A DNA stretch of 64,000 nt from Terriglobia bacterium (GTDB lineage: Bacteria; Acidobacteriota; Terriglobia; Terriglobales; Acidobacteriaceae), in NCBI GenBank assembly GCA_020072645.1, contig JAIQGK010000013.1, positions 89,809-153,808 of the forward strand. Reading direction: 5' to 3'. Of the stretch, positions 57,136-64,000 are shown in pieces. A model generated the notes under the pieces. That model was not told the DNA's origin and ran no database searches. It saw nothing but the letters and a program-made list of their open reading frames with translations. The first letter of the stretch is position 1, and each line of letters starts with the position of its first letter. The position numbers and the translations under genes are program-made.

Positions 57136-57561
57136 ATGCATTACACACAGAACGGGCCGCGCCCGTGTTTGAGGCACGAACGCAGCCCTAACCACAAATC
57201 CCCTTCTCTCGAAAGGCGACCTTTGGCTGCAATTGATGTTACCCAAAAGGCTGAAGTTTACGAAACATTGTCCAGCCTCAACCTTGCCTTTGCTGGAATC
57301 ATCCAGCATCTTCAAACCCTTCAACAAACCGGACTGTTCAACTCCAAAGCCAGCAAACTGTTTCCCGCTTTCACTCAAGAACTGCAAGCCGAATTTAACC
57401 AGGAATTTCTGGAACACCTGCACCAGCTTGAGCTTGACGATTGGGGCCGTTACGGAAAAGTGCGACAACGCTGGGAAAAGTATTTGCGCGATCCTGACGA
57501 CGTTTTCATTCACGCCAAAGAACGCAGAAAGCAACTTGCGAAACAGCGCAAGAAACGCTGA
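57136..57561 (+). CDS. hypothetical protein (141 aa), helical with a basic C-terminus
   Basis: An ORF followed 28 nt later by a strong + strand terminator. The start is uncertain and no domain is recognised. Confidence 0.45.
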   Translation: MHYTQNGPRPCLRHERSPNHKSPSLERRPLAAIDVTQKAEVYETLSSLNLAFAGIIQHLQTLQQTGLFNSKASKLFPAFTQELQAEFNQEFLEHLHQLELDDWGRYGKVRQRWEKYLRDPDDVFIHAKERRKQLAKQRKKR

Positions 57562-57589
57562 TTCGCGCTTACAAATTGAAACCAGACAG

Positions 57590-57617
57590 ACCCGCCGCGG
57601 CAAGGCGGGTTCTTTCT
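57590..57617 (+). terminator. intrinsic terminator
   Basis: acccgcc-gcggcaa-ggcgggt followed by tctttct. Confidence 0.8.
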
Positions 57618-57707
57618 ATAGTGAGCGACGGCGGCTAGCTGTTGCGAATATCGCATTGATTCACAGCTGCTTCTCGTTTTATCTGATGCGGCCCGGACAA
57701 AAAGTAC

Positions 57708-57768
57708 CTCGGCGGCTGAAGCCGGAGAGTTTATCAGCTTTACCGCAGGTCTAAAGACCTGCTCCACC
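57708..57768. repeat. double-hairpin repeat (family G, copy 2)
   Basis: ctcggc-ggctgaa-gccggag, then gcaggtc-taaa-gacctgc followed by tccac. The second half matches 11776-11808. Confidence 0.6.
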
Positions 57769-57809
57769 CCGCCGTGGGACACAGTAAAACATAAAAGCCA
57801 TAAACAAGA

Positions 57810-58952
57810 TCAGAAGACCAGGAATTTCTTCTTTTTCTTGGACGACTTGCCCGGACGGCTGCCGCCTTCACCGTTGGCAGCAACGATTGTTGGTTTGTTG
57901 CTTTGGTTGGGGCTGGCTCCGGTATCCGTATAGCCGGGCTTGATGTCGATAAAAGCCTGCTCGCGCAGCTTAGTTAGATAGACGCGCGCCGCCGGCTCCA
58001 GGCGCTCTGAGTAAATGGCCTCGCGGATACGATCAGAGATATCCTTCAGCGGCGGAATACCGGCAGGACGATGGCCTGTAACTTTCAGGATAATGAAGCC
58101 CTGCCGCGTACGAATTACACCGGTGTTTTCTCCTGCCTTGAGTGAGAATGTTTTTTCTTCCAGGTCTTTGGCCAGCTCGCCGCGCTTGAAGGTGCCCAGC
58201 GATCCGCCCTGGGCGGCTGTGGGGCCGTCAGAGCTCTTCTTGGCCAGATCGTCAAATTTCGCGCCCTTTTTTAACTGGTCCAGCAGTTGGTTCGCTTTGG
58301 CCTCTGCTTCCGCTACTTTGGCAGGATCTTCCGGCAGGTTCTTGTCCTGCTCAGCGGCCGGATTGTCTTTGCTTTCAATGTCTTGTTTTGCCGGCTGGGT
58401 TGAAACCATGATCTCACTCAAGTTAATTTCTTCCGGGCCCTCAAGTTCCTTCTGGTGCTTGTTGTACCAGTCCTGAATATCTTCATTGGAAATGTGCAGT
58501 TTGCCGCCCACTTCCTGGCCAATTACCTGTTGTGTAACCACGCTGATACGTATCTGCTCCTTGAAATCCTCGTAAGAGACACCCTGTTTCTTGGCTTCCG
58601 CTTCCAGATCATCAATGCTGGCCAGCCCCATCTGTTGCCGCATCTGGTTGAGCCGTTTCACCAGTTCCGTTTCGCCGGTGATGCCCAGGTCTTTGCCGCG
58701 TTCCAGCAGGAGCTGCTGGTCAATCAGGTCACGCAAGGTATCTGATTGCGCTTTAGCCACGTGGCTCTGCCAGTCAGAGGGAAATCTCTGTTTCAACTCT
58801 TCCAGCGTGGTCGCCTTGGCCTTTTCCATGTCAGACCGGGTAATGATCTGGTCATTCACGCGAGCGATGATTTCATCAACAATGTCATCCGCGCGCAGGG
58901 CGATTGCCGCAAGCAGCAGCACAGACGCAATCAGAACGAGTTTCCTGGGCAT
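57810..58952 (-). CDS. SurA-like periplasmic chaperone / parvulin-type peptidyl-prolyl isomerase
   Basis: 380 aa with a signal peptide, a SurA-N-like helical region (IIARVNDQIITRSD) and a PpiC domain (GGSLGTFKRGELAKDLEEKTFSLKAGE..GVIRTRQGFIILKV). Confidence 0.85.
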   Translation of the reverse strand: MPRKLVLIASVLLLAAIALRADDIVDEIIARVNDQIITRSDMEKAKATTLEELKQRFPSDWQSHVAKAQSDTLRDLIDQQLLLERGKDLGITGETELVKRLNQMRQQMGLASIDDLEAEAKKQGVSYEDFKEQIRISVVTQQVIGQEVGGKLHISNEDIQDWYNKHQKELEGPEEINLSEIMVSTQPAKQDIESKDNPAAEQDKNLPEDPAKVAEAEAKANQLLDQLKKGAKFDDLAKKSSDGPTAAQGGSLGTFKRGELAKDLEEKTFSLKAGENTGVIRTRQGFIILKVTGHRPAGIPPLKDISDRIREAIYSERLEPAARVYLTKLREQAFIDIKPGYTDTGASPNQSNKPTIVAANGEGGSRPGKSSKKKKKFLVF

Positions 58953-59043
58953 AATTGAAAGACCTTTTCCAGAGAAAGGGATATTATCCCTATTTTAGCA
59001 GCGAGGGAAATGAAGCATCCAATTTCTAGAACGCTATAGGCCG

Positions 59044-60717
59044 CTATTGTTGCGGTTTTTTCTTCTTACCCAAGAGACCGCCCAGCGCATCTTGCAGGTT
59101 CGGTTTCTGCTGCTGGCTATCCGTCTTGTTTCCCTTATTGCCCTGGACTGCCTGGAGCAGGGAGTTCTGAATATCCCCAGCCACAGCGCCTCCAATTGCC
59201 GGACGGAACACAGGGTTCGAGGTCTTGCCTGTAATCAGGAATGGGAGGCCTTTGCTTTGGGCTGAGGCAGAGGCCCCGGTCAGGCTACCCAGAAGATTAT
59301 TGGCCGTTCCGGAGAGCTTCACCAGCATTTTGAAGTCGAGCGAGTTATCGCCGGAAATTACGCCATTGCCGGTCACGATGCCCAGCGACGGCACATCCAG
59401 AACAATGTTGTCAGCCTTTATGCCTTCCGGCGCAACGCGCAAAGCCGAGCTGAAGGTCTGGATCAGCGTATCCGTACCGGACTTGTTGCCGGTAAAAGCG
59501 GCAATGGCGCCGAGCTTGGAGCCCAGGTTATAGCCGGAAAGATGTGTACCTTCAATTTTTAGCGGGCCATCAATTACCAGGCGGTCCAGCGGCCCTGTTG
59601 CATTGAGATCCATGTTGATGTTGCCGCCCTGCAATGACGCGCCTGAAGGCAGCACCACGCCAAACGCCGGGAGCAGGCCTTCAACGTCATTCACAGCCAT
59701 GTTCTTGCCAACGATCTTGAGATTGGCCAGCGTGTCTTCACCCTTGGCGCTCAGCGTTCCGCTGGCGTTGGTCAGGCTGTTGCCGGTATGCAGGTTGGCA
59801 TTGATTGTGCCCGTATCGGAGTCCAGCGCATAATCGGATTTGTAATCCAGCGCGACCGGCTGCTTGGCTGGCTGGCCGCCTTTTACCACGCGCAGTTCAG
59901 CGGCTTTGGCCTTGCCTTCAGAATGCAGCTTGTGACCATCTGATTTCACCTGGCCATCAAAATCCAGAATGCCGCCAACGCCGGAACTGGGATCAACAAA
60001 GCCGGTAGCTGCAAGATCGGCATGTTTGAGCGTGATCTTGGCGTCCAGAGGACTCTTGGCTGAGTCAGCGGGATTCAGCGGACCGGCCTGGCCTTCAAGA
60101 TCCAGTGTGCCGCCGCCCGGCATGTCCGCGGACAGAGTAAAAGGCATTGCGCTGGTGGCGGAAATGTTGTGCGCCACCAGGTTTACATTCTGGTAATCAC
60201 TTTCCTTGCCCGCGGAGTGGCCGCTGCTGTGGCCCACACGGACGGTCCCGCCAGCGATCTCAAATTTATCGACGGATATATCTGGCGCTTTGCCTGAAGG
60301 CTCCGGTTTGGTCTTTTGTGTCTGCGCTGTAGCGCCGAGCGTGGAATAGTTCCATTTGCCGGCAGCGTTCTTCAGCAGCGTGATGTCCGGCTTCTGAATT
60401 GTCAGTGACGTGACTTTGAGCTGTTTGGAAAAGATGAGCGGCATCAACTGCACGCCCACTTTCACTGAAGCCGCTTTCAGGAATGGGCCTTTGTTGAAGG
60501 CCGGATCATCGGCAATGGTAATGTCACTGGCGCTTGCGCCTCCGCTCAGCAATGAAGCATCCAGCTTGCCGATATGCACCTGACGGTTGAGCGCGGCGGA
60601 AAGCTTCTTTTCCAGATCGGGACGGAAGCTATCAACATTGATGAACAGCGGAACGGCGATGATGACAAGCAGAAGTACGCCGACGATAATCCCGGAGATG
60701 ATGAGCAAACGCTTCAT
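59044..60717 (-). CDS. AsmA-family outer-membrane biogenesis protein
   Basis: 557 aa. N-terminal anchor MKRLLIISGIIVGVLLLVIIAVPLFINVDSFRPDLEKKLSAALNRQVHIGKL, then a long beta-rich body, typical of AsmA. Confidence 0.8.
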   Translation of the reverse strand: MKRLLIISGIIVGVLLLVIIAVPLFINVDSFRPDLEKKLSAALNRQVHIGKLDASLLSGGASASDITIADDPAFNKGPFLKAASVKVGVQLMPLIFSKQLKVTSLTIQKPDITLLKNAAGKWNYSTLGATAQTQKTKPEPSGKAPDISVDKFEIAGGTVRVGHSSGHSAGKESDYQNVNLVAHNISATSAMPFTLSADMPGGGTLDLEGQAGPLNPADSAKSPLDAKITLKHADLAATGFVDPSSGVGGILDFDGQVKSDGHKLHSEGKAKAAELRVVKGGQPAKQPVALDYKSDYALDSDTGTINANLHTGNSLTNASGTLSAKGEDTLANLKIVGKNMAVNDVEGLLPAFGVVLPSGASLQGGNINMDLNATGPLDRLVIDGPLKIEGTHLSGYNLGSKLGAIAAFTGNKSGTDTLIQTFSSALRVAPEGIKADNIVLDVPSLGIVTGNGVISGDNSLDFKMLVKLSGTANNLLGSLTGASASAQSKGLPFLITGKTSNPVFRPAIGGAVAGDIQNSLLQAVQGNKGNKTDSQQQKPNLQDALGGLLGKKKKPQQ

Positions 60718-60791
60718 GGAGAAATGCTATCAGAAAGACAACTATATAGATGTTATTGACATGACGGGTGGTTTGCCGGAGCATACTGTAT

Positions 60792-61505
60792 ATGACCCCG
60801 AGGAAAGTTCTGATATTGCTGGCATACGTGTTTCTGGCGGTATTTGCAGTCTCCCAAAGAGGGTCGGCAACAAACCTTCGAAGCGCGGCATCCGCGCTCC
60901 AGGGAGCACCAGCCCAGTCTCAAGTTCGCCTGGAAAATGGCTCCATCCTCTACGCGGAATTGACGAAGACCGTGGACGCCAAGAAGGCTAAAGCGGGCGA
61001 CCCGGTAAATGCGGTGCTTCTTTCCGATGTTGTGGCCCGCGGAAAAATTGTGGTCCGGCACGAAGCGAAATTGCTGGGGCACGTTACTGAAGCCCAAGTC
61101 CACAGCAAGGAGACTCCTGAGTCGCGGCTGGGAATCGTTTTTGATAAGGTCATTACCAAAGAGGGCGAGGTTCCATTTGAATCAAAGCTTCTCGCGATTC
61201 GTCCGGCCGAGCACCCCGCCTTTGATGTGCCACAGGCGCCTTCTCCCGGGAGCAATGCCGCTCAGCAATCAATGCAAAGGCAATATCCATCACCGCAGGG
61301 ATCCAATGTTCCACGCCGGCCCAATCCTTCACTGAGTGATCAGATGAAGTCGCGAGATCGGGAAATTGCACAAACCGGACCGACGGATATTGATGGACTG
61401 AGTCTGAGTTCGCCGAAAGACGGAGCACAGGCAGTCGTCTCCACGCAGCGCACGGTAAAACTGGAAAGCGGCGTGAAAATTGAATTACGCGTCACCAGCC
61501 AATAA
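60792..61505 (+). CDS. secreted hypothetical protein
   Basis: Trimmed to the ATG at 60792 (MTPRKVLILLAYVFLAVFAVS signal). No recognised domain. Confidence 0.55.
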   Translation: MTPRKVLILLAYVFLAVFAVSQRGSATNLRSAASALQGAPAQSQVRLENGSILYAELTKTVDAKKAKAGDPVNAVLLSDVVARGKIVVRHEAKLLGHVTEAQVHSKETPESRLGIVFDKVITKEGEVPFESKLLAIRPAEHPAFDVPQAPSPGSNAAQQSMQRQYPSPQGSNVPRRPNPSLSDQMKSRDREIAQTGPTDIDGLSLSSPKDGAQAVVSTQRTVKLESGVKIELRVTSQ

Positions 61506-61514
61506 ATCAGCCGA

Positions 61515-62918
61515 CTAGGTGCCGTAATTTTTCCTGAGATAGTTTGTGATTTCAGTTTCCAGCTCCGCATAACCGCCGTGGACGGTGCTGCGCAACGCTG
61601 ATTCCACGCTCTGTCCTTCTCCCAGGCGCTGCAGCAGCCGCGCCAGATCACTCAGTCCATAGGTGGCGCGGATGTATTCCACGGCAGCCAGACTTTCAGC
61701 ATAGGCAACCGAAGCTTCCGCCGAGCTGTAATCGTTGAAACCGCCTTCCAACTGATTGAGCGGAATCTGCCTGCCTGAGGCATAAAGCGCAGCCAGCCGC
61801 GGGCCGATAGCGCCGGTAGTGGATCCCTGTTCCAGTTGCGCCACACCTTCATTCAGCCAGACCGGAGCGTGGTTGTGCGTGATCTGCGCGACAAAGGAAT
61901 GCGTCAGCTCATGGCGCAGCACGCTGGCCATCTCCGGAGTAACGGCTTTAATGCCTGAGATTGGAATGCGGATCTTGCCGTCATTCAGCGCTGCTGTCCA
62001 GGCTGCGGCGTGTGTTACGTCGAAGAAAGCTTGGTCTGTATAGAGCGAGACGAAGATATTTCTGGGCGACGATCCCAGATCATTGCTTAGATCGTGGTAA
62101 TCGGACTCAAGAGCGTCGAGCACCTGCGTGCGCAGGGAATCGGGCGCTTGCGAGCCTTCATAACGGAGCGTGAAGTGGCTGCTCTCCTGCTGGCGGAAAT
62201 CGGCTTCTGTGCGGGATTCTCGCTCAACGCGCTCCAGCAGGTCGCGCGTTTTGTCGTCAGGACGAAGCTCCAGGGATTTTTTCAATGCGGCGATGGCTTC
62301 ACGGTTGTGATCGTTCTTGTAGTAGGCATATCCGAGCAGCAGAAATGCGTCCGCCGACTGCGGACTGGCTCGCGCTGCCTGTTGCGCGCGAAGCAACGCT
62401 TCAGCGGGCTGGCCCAGCTTGAGCAAGATGGAAGCGTAGTTCTCCAGCAGGACACCGTGATCGGGCAGGAAGGCAATGGCAGCCTGGAGATAGCGCGCGG
62501 CAGCGGAATAGTTCAGCCGTTTTTCTTCAAAGTTTGCGGCAATGGAATTGGCGGCGGCAGCGCGCAGAGAATCGCCTTCTTCTTCGATGGCCTTTATGGC
62601 CGAGCCGTCAATTGCGCCGTTGCGGATCACGCGCGAGACCATGTCCCCTGAACTGGCCATTTCTTCATGCGCCGGTGGCGTTTCCGGCGCGGCTGCGGCG
62701 CGCGATGGCGACGGCCCGTAAACCGGACCTTTTTCAATGCGGACCACGATGGACTTGGGAATCGTCATCGTGTTGTCGCCCAGCGTGTATTCCACGCGGC
62801 CGTTTCGTTCCTGCGCGGAATCGGCCTGGATACGGTCGCCGTTTTTCAACACAATTGTGTCCGCGCCGGCTCGGGCGAAAAGAAGTGCGAAGGCGCAAAA
62901 TGTAATAATCGATTTCAA
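61515..62918 (-). CDS. secreted TPR-repeat protein with a C-terminal MA-clan (HExxH) peptidase-like domain
   Basis: 467 aa with a signal peptide, TPR-like repeats (AARYLQAAIAFLPDH.., AFLLLGYAYYKNDHNREAIAALKKSLELRPDD), and LRHELTHSF...NEGVAQ (HExxH plus a downstream E). Confidence 0.75.
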   Translation of the reverse strand: MKSIITFCAFALLFARAGADTIVLKNGDRIQADSAQERNGRVEYTLGDNTMTIPKSIVVRIEKGPVYGPSPSRAAAAPETPPAHEEMASSGDMVSRVIRNGAIDGSAIKAIEEEGDSLRAAAANSIAANFEEKRLNYSAAARYLQAAIAFLPDHGVLLENYASILLKLGQPAEALLRAQQAARASPQSADAFLLLGYAYYKNDHNREAIAALKKSLELRPDDKTRDLLERVERESRTEADFRQQESSHFTLRYEGSQAPDSLRTQVLDALESDYHDLSNDLGSSPRNIFVSLYTDQAFFDVTHAAAWTAALNDGKIRIPISGIKAVTPEMASVLRHELTHSFVAQITHNHAPVWLNEGVAQLEQGSTTGAIGPRLAALYASGRQIPLNQLEGGFNDYSSAEASVAYAESLAAVEYIRATYGLSDLARLLQRLGEGQSVESALRSTVHGGYAELETEITNYLRKNYGT

Positions 62919-62944
62919 GTTAGAAAAGTCTAAGCGATTATGGC

Positions 62945-64000
62945 ATGTCTATGAAGCGTGTCTTCATCCTGAAAGTAACGAAGGTACTAGTTCTGGTCCT
63001 TGCCCTTGCTCTGGGGAATATTCCCGCTTTGGGGCAGGCCGCGCCGGCGCAATCGAGCGCCGTGGCGCTTTACCGTGAACTGCTGAATCCGACTTTTGAC
63101 GCGCAAGACGTTTACCAGGTGCGCGAGGTTTCCATCATCATGGAAGACCTGCACATCTCCATCAGCGATGGAACCATCGGATTTGTGCGTGAAGTCAATG
63201 GCCATATTACAGGCGCCATGTTTGAAGGCGTGGGAGAAATCCTGCTGGTCCCGCCGAACCGCGCCGAACGCACTTCACTGGCGCTGTTTACCGGCTCAGC
63301 GGTGCTGGAGCAGCGTTTCCAGTCCGCTTATCTGAGGTTCGCCGACGACAAAATAGCGAATGAGCTGAAAAGCGGCCTGCGTGGCCACGCCGAAAATGCG
63401 CAGGAATTTGTCACTCGCTGGCAACAACCCGCGCTGCTTTTGGCCCGGGGAGACGCTTTGCCCATTCTGCAGGTAATGACCAGCGTGCCGACGCAATCCG
63501 CTGCAAGCTTCCTGCACTTGCGCATTGGGGGAACGACGGCGGGCATTATCGATGTGTTTTTCGACAGCAATGGCTCGGAGCAGATCAGCGTGGCCCAGGC
63601 CAACGTCGTCAACAACACAGCTTACTATGACACGTGGACTTCCTTTCCCATGCGCTCTGTACGGGAAGCCTCGGGCCAGGAGGATCCCGCTACGCGAGCC
63701 TCCTTTGAAGTTTCAGACTACAAGCTGCACGTGAATGTGCAGCCGCCCACCGACCTTAGCGCTGAAGCCGAATTTACCCTCACGGCTGAGCGCTCCGGCC
63801 AGCGGACGTTGATCCTTGAGCTCTCGCGCTACCTCAAGCTTAGTGAGGTGCAGGTCGATGGCGCTCCGGCGGAGTTCATCCAAAATGAGGCGATTTCCGG
63901 CAGCGATCTCTCGCGAAGAGGCGATGACCTGATCGGCGTGGTGATGCCCGCGCCGCTGGAAAAAGGCCGTCCGGTAAAACTGCAATTCAAGTATTCCGGG
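62945..64000 (+). CDS. secreted protein, possibly an M1 aminopeptidase-like N-terminal domain (3' end off the window)
   Basis: My own translation from the ATG at 62945 is open to the window end: MSMKRVFILKVTKVLVLVLALALGNIPALGQA (signal) ... DYKLHVNVQPPTDLSAEAEFTLTAERSGQRTLILELSRYLKLSEVQVDG. The last part resembles the N-terminal beta-domain of M1-type peptidases (weak, from memory). Confidence 0.6.
   Translation, partial: MSMKRVFILKVTKVLVLVLALALGNIPALGQAAPAQSSAVALYRELLNPTFDAQDVYQVREVSIIMEDLHISISDGTIGFVREVNGHITGAMFEGVGEILLVPPNRAERTSLALFTGSAVLEQRFQSAYLRFADDKIANELKSGLRGHAENAQEFVTRWQQPALLLARGDALPILQVMTSVPTQSAASFLHLRIGGTTAGIIDVFFDSNGSEQISVAQANVVNNTAYYDTWTSFPMRSVREASGQEDPATRASFEVSDYKLHVNVQPPTDLSAEAEFTLTAERSGQRTLILELSRYLKLSEVQVDGAPAEFIQNEAISGSDLSRRGDDLIGVVMPAPLEKGRPVKLQFKYSG

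Overview
This is a chromosomal, mostly housekeeping segment of a moderately high-GC bacterium (mid to upper 50s % by eye, not computed). The gene content (PEGA, TonB-C, AsmA and SurA-type envelope proteins, many secreted peptidases) and the unusually repeat-rich intergenic DNA resemble Acidobacteriota. That placement is from memory and cannot be tested here. About 57 protein-coding genes are supportable. They include ccmE-ccmA (System I cytochrome c maturation, CcmE carrying a CxxxY heme motif), thiC, glcDEF, purA, purD-purE, kdsB, acnA, mntH and a stand-alone EF-G paralog. They also include the rplM-rpsI-rpsB-tsf ribosomal cluster, several peptidases (M16, M48, MA-type, DUF2268, and a frameshifted S9), small VOC/cupin/ABM enzymes, and envelope biogenesis genes (SurA-like PPIase, AsmA). 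I saw no rRNA, tRNA, CRISPR array, transposase, integrase or prophage. The gene list does not explain at least seven families of short intergenic repeats. The most striking are triplets of 9-10 nt phased heptamers (ATYNGYG) placed right after stop codons. Others are a ~200-300 bp composite element with a conserved terminator-like hairpin and G4-prone C-tracts, a ~99 bp element in tandem between two cupin paralogs and again inside rpsB-tsf, and hairpin repeats invading every spacer of the ribosomal protein cluster. The best candidate for a new functional system is a visibly lower-GC two-gene cassette at 31090-32291 (minus strand). It encodes a 292-aa protein with a C-terminal HEPN-like RNPTMH (Rx4H) motif plus an 88-aa single-TM protein, and it sits in repeat-rich DNA next to the ribosomal operon. 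It may be an abortive-infection or toxin-type module. Other points worth a second look are the in-frame TGA between ccmE and ccmA with no canonical ccmA start, a 1-nt frameshift in the S9 peptidase, overlapping tandem paralogs of a small Cys-containing protein, a low-GC ORF coupled to purE, and a perfect 11-6-11 palindrome.
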